DNA from: the human T2T-CHM13v2.0 reference genome, Homo sapiens
Assembly: GCF_009914755.1 (NCBI RefSeq)
Contig: NC_060937.1
Reading direction: 5' to 3' (one strand)
Length of the DNA stretch: 64,000 nt
Both the position numbers and the translations under genes were made by a program. Below the pieces are notes generated by a model. It was not told where the DNA came from, ran no database searches, and saw nothing but the letters and a program-made list of their open reading frames with translations. Positions 13,120 through 26,396 of the stretch are shown one piece after another (position 1 is the first letter of the stretch; every line of letters begins with the position of its first letter).

Positions 13120-15649
13120 TCTAGCAGGGAAAAAAATCCATTCCTCTCCTAGGGTGCAAAAGAGGCAACAAGCCGCTACTGAGCCAAGTTCTCTGAGCCA
13201 GGCCTTCTTCTAGGCTCTGTCCATTGCACTTTTCCATGAATTCTCAGAATAGCCCTTTGATGACTGTTTATAGAAAGCCTAAATCTCGGAGATACCCAGC
13301 ACAGCATTTTAATAAATTACAATTAAAAGGTTTTAATACTATCATTTGCAAATGTAAAATGAGTAAGATTTTGAAACTTATATAATCAGTAATGTGGCTT
13401 CCCTTTTTGAATTGGATCTAAATTATGACACAAAGGAAGGGAACAAAATAGTTCCATCTCAAGGGAGGAGTGGCTATGATACAGGAAGGCCACTGCCAGC
13501 AAGGAAGAAGAGACAGGCCCATGTGGAAAGGGGCAGGAAGAGATGAGAAGGAGGGGCACAGTCATCTATGTGTCTGGGTTTCCCCCTCAATTTTCAGCAT
13601 GGGTGTCCCCACGCCCCAGCCTGACAACATCCCAGTGAGGTCATCATGTACTGAACAGGTCGAAAAGCTATTATTGGTTAAGTAAACTGATACTCAGTGT
13701 TGTTAAGATCTACAAGTGCTTCATGGCCATAATCTCACCAATCATAATTCTTTCTCAGTTAGGGAGAAAAGGCCTGATTTTCACTTAATCTATGGAGAAA
13801 ACAGAGAGAAGTCATGTGTTTTTCCCAAAGATTCAGGCAAATTGACTCTTCGAACAGAATCTATCTTCACTGATTTATAGCCTGTTCCTCTGTAGTTTTC
13901 TCATTGTTTTCCCCCTGATGCCTTTGTAGCTGTAGAAAGGAGACTGCATCCCTAGCTGTCCCTCTCCCCGACCTGCTGGGGGCAGCCTCACAGGATTGCT
14001 ATGGTCGGTAGGCTGTGCAGCATAGTTCAGCTAAAAGGAAGTCTGAGTCAATGCCCCTGAGTCGTGCCTGCCTTCCATGTCGTGTGAAACCCTGCATAGC
14101 TCTTGGTTGTTGAATAAAATATTTAAGACTCTGACCAGGAATCTTCCTAGAGGGAACTGCTACACAAAGGGCAAAGTCACATTATCACTAGACAGAGCAG
14201 TGAGTGTGTGAAACTCAGATGAGGCCATCAACAGGGAGGAGCCTCTGAGCCCAGAGAAGAGACCAGGAGCTCACCAGCAGCAGATGCCCCAGGTGCCAGC
14301 AGTCACCAGGGAAACAAGCAACATCATCATGGCACAGGTGAGCAGGGACCTAGAGGGTAAACCAAAGCCCAACATGCAGAGCCATCATAAAGATCTTCAC
14401 CCAGAGGGAAAGACTCTGAAATCTGAACATTTATCTATAAGCAACCGCCTTTTCAGTCCTTTAAAGAAAGGAATTAATAACAAATGTTTTCAAGACATCC
14501 ACAATTAAAACCACTCATGCACCACACACACAGCAACCACCCTGCACACACTGTCTCATTAAACCCAGACACTGAGAAATCACTCAAGGCCTTCTCTGCA
14601 GTTCAGTAAGGCTCATGATGATGATGAGATCTGTTTTAGAAAGTAAACTCTTCAGGAGCCAAACTATATTTTCTTTGCACACTTCAGTTGTGTGAGTAAA
14701 TGTGCAGCCCAACTACAGTATGATTACAAAGACAACCAATGAAACACAAAGTCTGTAAAGCGAAGAGACCACCTGGAGATTTTCTTTCAATCAGCAGAGA
14801 TTATTAGCCTACATTCTTAGAAATGTGACTTTACCATAGACAATATTTTCTCCAAGATGACATTCTAGACAGCCAATGCTTCCAATGTGTGCCACCAAAT
14901 TTTGACCACTGTGTAAACTTTTTTTTCTAATCAAGTTTGCTTTATATAAAATAAAACGTTGAGTTAAATGTATAGTGATACACTAGAGTGGACTTCAAAA
15001 ACGCTTGCTGTGAATAAAGAGATAAAAGTAATCATCCAATCACAACTGAAGGAAGATTGTATCTTTACAAGAAAAGGTAAGAATTTTACTGTGTGTGCAT
15101 GTGTACATATATATATTTCCTGTATAAATAAGACAGCAAATTGTTCTATTCAAATTGTGAGAGCCAAAAGGCAATTGGGTTCAAAAAAGAAAACTCTAGA
15201 TACAGACACAACCTGTTTTATTGCACTTCTTTATTGTGCTTGACAAAACTTGCTTTTGACAGATTACTTGACAGATACTGTGTTTTTTATATATTGCAGG
15301 TTTGTGACAACCCTGTCTTTAGCAAGTCTATCACCACCATTTTTCAACAGCATGTGCTCACTTCATGTCTCTGTGTTACATTTTGGTAATTCATGCAATA
15401 TTTCAAACTTTCTTATTCTTGTTATATTTTGTGAAAATCTGTGATAGGTGACCTTTGATGTTACTATTGTAAATGTTTCGGGGCACCATGAACCATGCCC
15501 ATATAAGATGGTAAACTTAATGGAAAAATGTTGTGCGTGCTCTGACTGCTCCACTGACCAACTGTGCCCCAACACCTTTCCCCATCCTCAGGCCCCCCTC
15601 TTCCCTGAGATACAATAATATTGAATTTAGGCCAATTAATAACCTGACA

Positions 15650-17400
15650 ATGACCTCTGAGTGTTCAAGTAAACGAAAAAGCCATACTTCTCTCACTTTA
15701 AATCAAAAGCTAGAAATGATTAAGCTTAGTGGCAGAGACAATGTCAAAAATTGAGATAGGCCAAAAGCTAGGTCTTTTGCACCAAACGATTAGCCAAGTT
15801 GTGAAAGCATAGGAAAATTTCTTGAAGGAAATTAAAAGTGCTACTCCAGTAAGTACATAAATGATAAGAAAGCAAAGCAGCCTTATTGCTGTTATGGAGA
15901 AAGTGTGAGTGGTCTGGATAGAAGATCAAACCAGCCACAACATTTCCTTAAGCAAAAGCCTAATCCAGAGCAAGGCCCTAAATCTACTCAATGCTATGAA
16001 GGCTAAGAGAGGTAAGGAAACTGCAAAAGAAAAGTTGGAAGCTAGCAGAGGTTGATTCATGAAGTTTAAGGAAATAAGCCGTTTCCACAACATAAAATTC
16101 AAGGTGAAGCAGCAAGTGCTGATGGAGAAGCTGCAGCAAGTTACCCAGAAGACCTAGCTAACATAATTGACAAAGGTAGCTGCACTAAACAACAGATTTT
16201 CAATGTAGATGAAACAGCCTTCTATTGGAAGAAGATGCCATCTAGGACTTTCACAGAGAGGAGAAGTCAACATTTGGCTTCATAGCTTCAAAGGACAGCC
16301 TCATTCTCTTGTTAACGACGAATGCAGCTGGTAACATTAAGTTGAAGCCAATGCTCACTTGTCATTCTGAAAATCCTAGGGCCCCTGAGAATTATACTAA
16401 ATCTACTCTGCCTGTGCTCTAGAAATGAAACGAAAAAGCCTGATGACAACACATCTGTTTATATGGTTTACTGAATATTTTAAGCCACTGTTGAGACCTA
16501 CTGCTCAGAGAAAAAAAAAAATTCTTTTCAAAATATTGCTGCTCATTGTCACCCAAGAGCCCAGATAGAGATATACAAGGACATTCATGTTGTTTTCATG
16601 CCTGCTAACACAACATCCATTCTCTACTATATGGATCACAAAGTCATTTTGATTGTCAAGTCTTATTAATAAAGAAATACATTTCATAAGTCTGCAGCTA
16701 CCATAGATAGTGACTCTTCTGATGGACCTGGCAAAAGTAAATTGATAACTTTTTGGAAAGGATTCACTATTCTGGATGTCATTAAGAACATTCGTGATTC
16801 ATAAGAGGAGGTCAAATGTCAACATTAACAGGAGGTAGAAGTTGATTCCAATCCTTATGGATGACTTTAAGGGGTTCAAGACTTTATTACAGGAAGTCAC
16901 TGCAGATGTGGTAGAAATAGAAAGTAAACTAGAATTAGAAGTGTAGACTGAAGATGTGGCTGAATTTCTACAATCTCATGATAAAACTTGAACAAATAAA
17001 GAGTTGTTTCTTATGGATGAGCACAGAAACTACTTTCTTGAGATGAAAACTACTCCTGGTGAAGACACTATGAACATTGTTGAAATGACAACAAAAGATT
17101 AAGAATAGTCCATAAACTTAGTTGATAAAGTAGCAGGGTTTGGGAAGATTGACTTCAATTTTGAAAGAAGTTCTACTGTGGGTAAAATGCTATCGAACAG
17201 TATCGCATGCTACAGAGAAATCTTTCAGGAAAGGAAGAGTCAATCAATGTGTAAACCTTCAAATGTTGTCTTATTTTCAGAAATTGTCACACCAACTCCA
17301 GCTGTCAGCAACTACTACCCTGATCCATCAGCAGCCATCAACATCATGACAAGATCCTCCACTAGCAGAAAATATAAATCCCTGAAAGCTCAGATGATCC
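15650..17400 (+). pseudogene. Degenerate Tigger1 transposase (TIGD1-like), multiple stops and frameshifts
   Basis: MTSECSSKRKSHTSLTLNQKLEMIKLS from ATG 15650; [21 protein letters not shown] near 16190-16250; [16 protein letters not shown] near 17180. Confidence 0.88.
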
Positions 17401-17526
17401 TTAGTGTGTTTTAGCGATAAAGTATTTTTAATTAAATTATATACATTTTGTAGACATAATTGCACAGGCTATGGTACAGTGTAAACATAACTTTTATATG
17501 CACTGGGGGAAAATTCATATGACTTA

Positions 17527-17845
17527 TTTTTGTTTGTTTGTTTGTTTGTTTGTTTGTTTTTGGAGACAAGATCTCCCTCTGTCGTCCAGGCTAGAGTGTA
17601 GTGGTGCTATCTTAGCTCAGTGCAACCTCCGCCTCCCAGATTCAAGCGATTCTCCTGCCTTAGCCTCCTGAGTAGCTGGGATTACAGGCACGTGCCACTA
17701 CGCCCGGCTAATTTTCATATTTTTGGTAGAGACGGGGTTTCGCCATGTTGGCCAAGCTGGTCTCAAACTCCTGACCTCAAGTGATCCACCCGCCCCGACC
17801 TCCCAAAGTGCTGGGATTACAGGCAATGAGCCACTGTGTCTGGCC
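17527..17845 (-). mobile_element. AluSz-like element inside Tigger1, (TTTG)n tail
   Basis: tttcgccatgttgg, cctcaagtgatcc; Tigger1 sequence resumes on both sides. Confidence 0.9.
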
Positions 17846-17949
17846 TTACATGACTGGCTTTATTGCAATATTTGCTTTACTGCAGTGGTCGGACACTGAA
17901 CCTGCAATATCTCTGAGGTATGCTTGCATTTTTTTAAGTCCTAGGAGAC

Positions 17950-19490
17950 ATTACTCATTTACTCATTCAAGAAACATTTATTGACCCCCTATCATGCTCC
18001 AGACACTTCCCTAGGCACTGGCAATGCAGCAGTATAGATACAGAAAGCACCTGCCCTCAAGGAATTTATGTTCTCACTGAAGAGACAAACAATAAGTAAC
18101 GATACAAAATATACGTCAAAGGATAAGTACTATAAAGAAAAAATTAAAATAGAGCAGGGTAAGAGAAGAATAGGGAGGGGGCAGGAATTTTGTAGTGAAA
18201 ATTCCTCTCTGAAAAGTTAATAATTGAGGAGGGACCTAAATTAGGGGACATTTATGATAAGAACAAGAGGAAAAAGAATATTCCATGCAGAGGAAATAGT
18301 AAGTACAAGGGTCATGAGGTAGATGTGACTTTGTTAAGTTTGAAGAACTAGACCAATTTGAATTGAATAGAGTAAGTGAAGGGGTTGTAGAAGGTAAAGT
18401 CAAAAAGTTACGCAGGCTGCACTAAAATCTCAGAAGTCACCACTAAAGAATGTATCCGTGTAACCAAAAACCACCTGTACCCCAAAAACTATTGAAATAA
18501 AAATAAATAAATAAAAATAAATTCTAAAAATGTCACCAAGGGTTCATTCATATCAGACCTTGTAGGCCAATGTACCACATTGAATTATATTCTAAGTGTG
18601 ACAGGTAATCATTGGAAAGTTTTGAGACAGAAAAAAATAGAATCTATCTCCATTTTTTGTAATCACTCTGACTGCTGTAAGAAAAATAGATCATAACCGG
18701 GCAAGATGAATACAGGGAGAAGAGCTAGGTGATTGTTGCAGAATAACCAGTTCCAGAATAAAGTGATAGTCACTCAGATCAAAGCAGTGGCAAAGAAAGT
18801 GATGAGAAGTGCTCCAATCTGTGATATATTTTTAAAATTGAGCCAACATAACTTGCAAATAAATTGAATGTTGGATATGGGAGAAAAAGAAATCCAGATT
18901 GACTCCTAGGATTTAGCCTGAGCAAGAGATAAATGGTGGTGCTATTTACGACAATGGAGAAAACTCGGGAAGGGTCTGATTGTGAAGATACAGAAAGTAC
19001 ATGTTTTACATTTGTTTATTTTGAGATATCCATTAGACTTCCAAGTAAGGAGGCTGAGTTGTTTATTGGATAAAAGAGTGTGGAGTTCAAGAGAGACTGG
19101 TACCAGAGATACAAATTTGAGTTATCAGCCTATGGGGCTTAATGAAATCATTTGGAGAATGAGTACAAATAGAAAAGAGAGAAATTTGAAAGGCTGAGTC
19201 CTGGGCCGTCCAAACTGACAGATTAGGAAATGAGAAGAAACCAGACTGAGAATAAGGTAGCCAAGGATGTAAGAGGAAACTAGGACTAGATGCTGTCCCA
19301 GAGGCAAAGTGAAGAAACTTTCAAAAAGGAAGGCATATTCTTTGTTACCTAATGCTGCTGAGAGGTTAAGTAAGTCAAGAACTGAGATGTAACTGTGCAT
19401 TTAGCAACAGGAAGGCTATTCATGACGTTGGTAAAAACAGTTTCAGTGCAGTGGTTAGAACCAAACCCTGATTCAATGGGTTAATTTGAG
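17950..19490 (-). mobile_element. L2, long fragmented copy
   Basis: attcatttactcattcaagaaacatttattga...cagtttcagtgcagtgg. Confidence 0.75.
18415..18522 (+). mobile_element. L1PB-type extreme 3' end nested in L2
   Basis: cactaaaatctcaga...tgtaaccaaaaaccacctgtaccccaaaaactattgaaataaa plus A-rich tail. Confidence 0.8.
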
Positions 19491-19499
19491 ATTGATATT

Positions 19500-21530
19500 G
19501 GAGTGTTAGTTTGAGCACAAGGAGAAGAAATAGAAATAAAACTGCTTTATTAATGGATGATATAATTGTCACATAGAAAAGCCAAGAATATACAATCAAA
19601 GCATTATAATCAAAGAGATCAGCAATAATTCTGGATATAGAATCAACATTAAGAATAAATAGGGTTGCTATACACAAAAACAAACAGAAAGTAATTTTTT
19701 TCAAAAAGGCCATTTTCAACGGCAACAAAAAAAGGCATTTAAGAATAAATTTGTAAAACTTCATGGAAAGACAATAAAAGCCTGAATAAATCAAGAGATA
19801 AGCTACAATCATGCATAGAATGTGTCAGTTTTGCAAAGATGTCCACATCTCCCAATTTAATTGGATACTTAAATGCAATTCCAATCAAATTCTCAATGGG
19901 GTTTCTCATCAAATGTGGTAAGCTAATAGTAGATTTACATGGCTATGCAAAGGATCAAGAAGAGCCATAATGATTTTGAAGAAGAAAAACAGATGGCAAG
20001 ACTATCAAATTGTAATAATTTTTAAAAGATAAGACAGTGGTGCAAGAATGGACACATAGATCAATGAAATAGGATAAAGAGCTCATAAACAGACCCAAAT
20101 ACCTATGGAGACTTGATATATGACATCTGACATATGACATGATTACTGATCAGCAAGGAAAGAATAAGCTAATATAAAATGCTGAGTTAGTTACTCAAAT
20201 TGAAAAAAGAAGTCAACTGGATTGTTACCTAACTATATGCAAAAATCAGTTCCAGACACAATGAAACCCTAAATGTGAGAGACAAATTTTAATTCTTCTA
20301 GAATAAATTATGGGAGTATATTTAATATATGAATGATCTCAAGATAGATTCGGATTTCTGAGGCAAGACACAAAAGAGGGGGGGTGGGAAGGAAAAACGG
20401 AAGGAAAGAAGGAAGGAAGGAAGGAAGAAGAAGAGAAGGGAAGGGACAGGGAGGGAGGCAGGGAGGAAATAGAGAAAGGCAGAAGGAAGAAAAGAAAGAA
20501 GAGGAAGGGAGGAGAGGAGAAGGAAGGGAAAGGACGAGAGAAAGAAGGGAGGGAGGCCGGGAGGAAACAGAGAAAGGCAGAAGGAAGAAAAGAAAGAAGA
20601 GGAAGGGAGGAGAGGAGAAGGAAGGGAAAGGACGAAAGAAAGAAGGGAGGGAGGGAAGGAAAGAGAGAAGGAGGAAGAGAAGGATAAAGGAAAATATTAA
20701 CATATTCGACTACATTAAAATTCTAAACCTCTGTGAGTCAAAAGATGCCATAAACAAAGTCAAAAGACACGTCACAGCCTGGAATAATACATTTGCAATG
20801 AATGTAACTGACAAAACATTAGTATCCATAATATGTAAAGCATTTCAATAAGTCAATAAGAAAAATAACCTAATAGAAAAATGGCAAAAGCTTTAAAGAG
20901 ATACTTCAAAGAAGAGGGCCTTCAAAGGGCCAATAAACAGATAGTAAGATTTTCTATCTCATTAATAATCAGAATGCACATTAAAACCATACTACAATGT
21001 TTCTCACCTACGATATTAGCAAAAATAAAAAAGTCTAATGCTACCAAGAGATGAACAGAATGTAGAGAAGAACATCTCATTCAACTGCTAATAAGAATGA
21101 AAATGGACACAATTCAATTTCGACAGCAATTTGGGTCAATCTTGAGTCAAAAGTACACCTATCCTATGACTCAGTATTTAACTCCTAGTTATATATCCCT
21201 GAGAAACTCTTACAGCAGTGCACAATGGAGACAGGTAAAAGAGTGTTCATTGCAGCATTATAATAGTAAAAAGTTGGTACAACATAAATGTGGCATTAAC
21301 AGGAGAATGAATTAATAAATTATGGTATTTTATATAATGTATTAATACAGCAGTCAAAATGAATTACGAGCTACATATTTCAACACAGGTAAATCTTAAA
21401 TATCATTGTACAAAGAAGAGTAAGTTGCAGAAGGCTGTATACAAAGTTTAATAACATAAAACAATAACATATTCATATATAAAAGACAGACAGACATGAA
21501 GATAATAAACACCCAAATCACGATAGTGCC
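19500..21530 (+). mobile_element. Old L1M(E) ORF2/3' fragments
   Basis: aatgcaattccaatcaaa, gactacattaaaattctaaac, aaagtacacctatcctatgac. Confidence 0.75.
20375..20690. repeat. Purine-rich (GA) tract containing a 98-bp tandem duplication
   Basis: Units begin 20461 and 20559; 2 mismatches over about 96 bp. Confidence 0.9.
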
Positions 21531-21970
21531 TGTGTTCATTTGGTTCTCCAAGAAGCAGATGCCAAGATGGATTAGGTGTGCAAGAAACTTATGAGGGAAA
21601 ATGGCTGTGAAATATAAAGAGAAGAAGCAGAAGGAGACCAAAAGAAGCTTCACACCACAGTGTGGGTCTGATCCCTGTGAGGGGAAAAGGAAAGGTAGAA
21701 GGATTGGGAGAGAAAAATCTTAGACTACAGCAGGGGTCTTAGAAAGTTGTAGCCAGACCAATGAGGAGTCCTTGAGCCAAAGTCACCTACTAGAGAAGTC
21801 CTGCATCAAACAGATACTGACCTGAACTTGTATCCCTATCCTGCTTAGTCCTTACCTGCCTGAGGAAGGCAGGTTAACAGCAGTAAATCCAGAAGGGAGT
21901 CAGCTGGAACCATCATCAACTTTGCTCCCTGCAGCAGAAGATCTGAGCAGCTTATTTTCATTGTGTCACA
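21531..21970 (-). mobile_element. ERVL-type solo LTR (LTR16/LTR33-like)
   Basis: ggttctccaagaagcagatgccaagatggattaggtgtgcaag. Confidence 0.6.
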
Positions 21971-22266
21971 TTAGTGCTCTCTGGGATAGGGACTAACAGG
22001 GAGATGGGATCCAGGAGAGAGATAAAAGATCTCTAAATGTGTTTCTAAGCTCTGGATTCTACCATTTTATAGTGGAGACAAAGATATTCATTATATTATG
22101 CTCTTTATTTTAGGGAGTGAGAAGCAAAGAATGGAAGTTAAGAAGTTGAAGCAAGGCTTTCATGGAATTTTGCTGTAATGTGGAAACCTACAATAGGATT
22201 GAGGAATAAGAGCTGCTGTCGCCTTCTTGATGCTAATCCAGTTTATGGGGGAAATTTGACACATGA

Positions 22267-22606
22267 TGATATAGTTTGGATATCTGTCCCCTCTAAATCT
22301 CATGTTGACCTGTAATTCCCAATGTTGGAGGTGGGGCCTCATGAGAGCTAACTGGATCATGGGGGCCGATTTTTCATGAATAGTTTAGCAACATCCCCTT
22401 GGTGCTGTCCTTGTGGCAGGGAGTGCTCACCAAGATCTGGCTGCTTAAACGTGCGTGGCATCTTCCCCTCTTCTCTCTTGCTTCTGTTTTCACCATGTGA
22501 CATGTCTGCTCCTGCTTTGCCTTCTGCCATAAGTAAAAGCTCCCTGGCCCTAAGCAAATGCTAGCACCACCCTTCCTGTACAGCCCACAGAACGGGCTAA
22601 TATACA
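22267..22606 (+). mobile_element. MST (MSTB-like) LTR with 3' internal deletion
   Basis: tgatatagtttggatatctgtcccctctaaatctcatg...cagcccacagaac joined directly to gggctaata. Confidence 0.85.
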
Positions 22607-22609
22607 GGA

Positions 22610-23560
22610 GAAAGAAGAAAGTTGCAGGACCGAAGCCCTTAAATGCTGAGATCGGATGAGTTCCAGTACACAAAAGGAAAGAATTGGCCCAAATAGGAGA
22701 AGGAAAAGGTTATCCACTCTTGAAAAAGACAGGCTAAATTGATGAGTAAAGGTGAAAGCATAAGAATGGATTTTGCAGTGGGAAGATGAGGAAGTTCTCT
22801 AATGACTCTTATTTTCTCAGTAAAATAGGAAGCGAACTGACACGCTGAGAATGAGAAAGAAGAAAGTGGTTTCGGAGGTTTGAGGAGAGTGGAATTACCA
22901 GGGAGTCTCAAGGGCTCACTTGAGGTTTGTGGTCCAAGATTTAAGATGACACCAGTCAGCATGGCTGTGTGTTCTCCACTAGCCACACACAGCTGCTCAG
23001 AGGCAGGTGTGCAATTGGCCCAGAGGTTGGAGCCTTAGGTTTAATTAAAGTGGGATTTTGTGAGGCAAGTACAACAAAGGGAGATGAAGAGGAGGGATTT
23101 GAGGGTACAGGGAAAGGCAGTATCATAGTATTGAGCTATGGGAAGTGTGGTTGCTATTGTAAAATTGGAGGACAGTAAGCAAAACAATTGAGAAGGTAAT
23201 GGATGGGAGGTCCCTAGCACAGAGTCAAAGAATTGTTGGAATGAGGACACCAGAAAGATAAGAAATGGTAGTTAGTGGATAGGATGTTCAAAATTGTGAT
23301 TCTGGGAGTAGTAGAATTCAAGGTTTAGGATGTGACAATGGGAATAGGGGTTTGAGGTGGGCTGGAGGAAAGGAATATCATAGTTGAAGAAATGAAGGAA
23401 CCCAGAGGCCAGAGTATTGGGTGGTTGTCTGAAGTCACTTCACCTAATGCCAATGGTAGTGGTGGGGAAAATAGTGAATTAGGTGCTAAAATATTCATTG
23501 AATGAGTGAATGTGACTAAAAGAACTATAGATACTTCAACAAAAAAGGGGTGAGTGGGCA
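22610..23560 (-). mobile_element. L2 fragments
   Basis: ttattttctcagtaaaataggaagc; purine-rich antisense L2 ORF2-like sequence. Confidence 0.5.
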
Positions 23561-23649
23561 GAATTAATTGGACAATATAAAATGTTTTTCTAAGAGAGCA
23601 ATTTTTTGCATTTATTACTGTCTTATTTGGAGATATTTGAGAATTACTG

Positions 23650-24101
23650 CTTGTTTTACATTTTATTATGAGAAATTTCAAACATAGAGAACAATAGAGA
23701 GACTAGTATAATGAACACCCAAATACGAATTTCTTAGATTGAAAACTTGCTAAATATTAGCATATATGTTGTTTTAATTTTTTCTCTTTTAATTTTTAAT
23801 TTATTTACTGAGATATTTTAAGTAAATTTCAGACGCCAAGGACTTTGCCCTTAAATGTATCCATATGCCTCTAAAAATAAGAACATTTTCCCATATAAAC
23901 ACAGCATCATCACGCCTAAAAAATTTAACAATTATTCCTTAATATCATCTAATGCCAATCCCATATTTAATTTTCTGCAATTATTCCAAAAATATCTTGT
24001 AGAGCTTGTTTGCTGAAAGCAGGATGCAATCAAGAACCACCCATTGCTTTCGATTGCCATGTCTCTTTGATCTCTTTGTAAAGAACGGTAATCCTCCTCC
24101 C

Positions 24102-24146
<45 letters not shown>

Positions 24147-24500
24147 TTATTTTTTCTCATGACATTGATTTGTTAAATACAAATCCAGGCCAGATCTCCC
24201 ATACAATGTCCTACCTTCTGGATTTATCTGATTGTTTTCTCATGATATCACTTAACTCTTTTCCTGTCCCCTATATTTTCTGTAAGCTGGAAGTCAGATC
24301 TAAAAGCTTTAGTAGTTTTAGTTAAGCATTTCTGGCAAAAATAATTTGTAGGCCATGCTGTGAATTTCATATTGCATCATATCAGGAGCCACATAATATC
24401 TAGTTGTCTCACTATTTTTGATGCTAACATTAATTTTCATGAAAACAATAACCAGAATATACCTTGCAAATGTGCTATTTTGAAAATGTAAACCTCTTAG
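23650..24500 (-). mobile_element. Old L1M 3' fragments
   Basis: atgagaaatttcaaacata...agtataatgaacaccc; aggatgcaatcaagaacc. Confidence 0.6.
24105..24145. repeat. (AC)~20 microsatellite
   Basis: Read directly. Confidence 0.97.
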
Positions 24501-25988
24501 TTTTGTCCCCCTAAAAAGTTCAGTAACCAAAAACATGAGGCAAACACAAAATTCTGAAACACAGACCCGCTGTTTCAGAATTTACAGAAGTTTTTAACAC
24601 TGAAGGACTCACAAGACAGAAGGAGATTGATAGTCATTGTTATTAGAAGTGCAGGAGCTCCAAGGGGGGAACTGTGGAGAATAGAAGGATGTGCATTATT
24701 ATACCCTTCCATTTTTATTCTAAGCCTGAAATTAAATGATAACTAGAATATAGATCCTTCCACTCAAAATTAAAATCCATAGATAAGGCCAAGCGTAATT
24801 TTGTAATATGACTGTATGCTGGCAAAACAACTAGATCTTGGGTTGCTTCTTAAAATAGAATAGCATTGAGTGTTTGTAGAGGATTTTGCTGCTTTTTGTA
24901 AGAAGCCTGGAAGGGCAAAGGCCAAGGAAAGAAACATAATTAAAACACATTTTATGTAGTATGTCAAGGAGCTATTGGAAAGTAGCAATGGTTCCTAAAA
25001 TACAGAGAATTATTTCAGCATTCGCTTGGCTAACATAGACAGCAAAATTAACTTGTAACACACATTTTCTGTCCCTAGATTTTTTGCCATTGGGAAAGCA
25101 AATATGAATTCGATCAACATTGTATATAGAGGCTTTCTACCTGCTAACAGTAATTACAGGCTTTACTTTGACTACTTGTTTTAGGAAGCAGAAGGGGACT
25201 TTCTAACCTTAGAGGCTGCCAACATTAGTACAACTGTCAACTGCCAGGCCAGAGACACTCAGAAGCTCTTGCCAGGCCAATGTATGGGAGATATCCACTG
25301 TGTATTCCTCCACCAAAGAGCATATTTAGAGATAGTCAAGATCCTTAGATGGTTCAGGCTGGTGCTGGTTCTGTTCCATATTTCCTCTATCACGTAATAC
25401 TTACACAAGCTGTATCTGGGCCAAGACTCAATTGCATTTCTGAATTGCTAGAGAGCCTATGAAAATTACAAATTCCCAGGCTTCATCTGAATCTGATTGT
25501 ATTGACAAATCTACGAAGATAGAACCCAGGGTAAAGTCTTCTCTATTAGTGAAATCCACTAATAGAGCAGATCCCCACAAAAAATAGGACGCTTTAACTC
25601 TCCTTTGTTTTCTCAACTCTAAGAACTCTGGCTAAATATCAGTTCAGTTCTTGTCCCCCTCCAATCAGACTAAGTGTTAGAAATTCCCAAGGAAGACTCT
25701 ATACTTAGTACCCCTTCTCTCCAAATGGAAGTTCTTGCTGGTGTATCTTGAACTGCACACGGGAATTCTGTTACACACAAATGGGCAGTCTACCGTGCAC
25801 TATCAGGAAAAGAAATGCACCATCTTTTAAAAACTTAGACTTATAATTGACCTTCTTTTGTCAGTTTGATTCAGTGGGTCCTTTAAAAGCAACATGTTGT
25901 TGCATTTACTGTTTTATCCCAATTTATTGATCTCCTCCTTTTAGTGGGTAAATTAAGTTTGCTCACAATTGTTTTGAAAACTAATATA

Positions 25989-26228
25989 AAATTGTTCCTC
26001 GGTATATACAGGGGATTGGTTCCAGGACCCCCATATATTGAAATCCACGCACTCTCAAGTCCTGCAGTCGGCCCTGTAGAGCCCGCATAGACGAAAAGTC
26101 AGCCCTCCATATATAGGTGTTTTGCATCCCACAAATAACTCTATTTTCAATCCTTGTGTGGTTAAAAAAAAAATCCACATGTAAGTAGTCTTGCACCATT
26201 CACACTCGTGTTGTCCAAGAGTCAACTG
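25989..26228 (+). mobile_element. MER8 (Tigger-family MITE)
   Basis: ggggattggttccaggacccc...caagtcctgcagtcggccctg...gtcaactg|ta; about 240 bp. Confidence 0.85.
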
Positions 26229-26234
26229 TAGTTC

Positions 26235-26396
<162 letters not shown>

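Larger units (their letters stand above)
15203..17926 (+). mobile_element. Tigger1 (TcMar-Tigger), near full length, interrupted by an Alu
   Basis: 5' end ta|cagacacaacctgttttattg and 3' end atctctgaggtatgcttg|ca; about 2.4 kb once the Alu is removed. Confidence 0.93.

Noticed and set aside
15650-17400. Functional TIGD1-like gene
   Set aside because: Early frameshift and several in-frame stops
20308-20851. Longest ORFs (155 aa +, 131 aa -)
   Set aside because: Artefacts of the stop-free GA tract plus old L1 sequence
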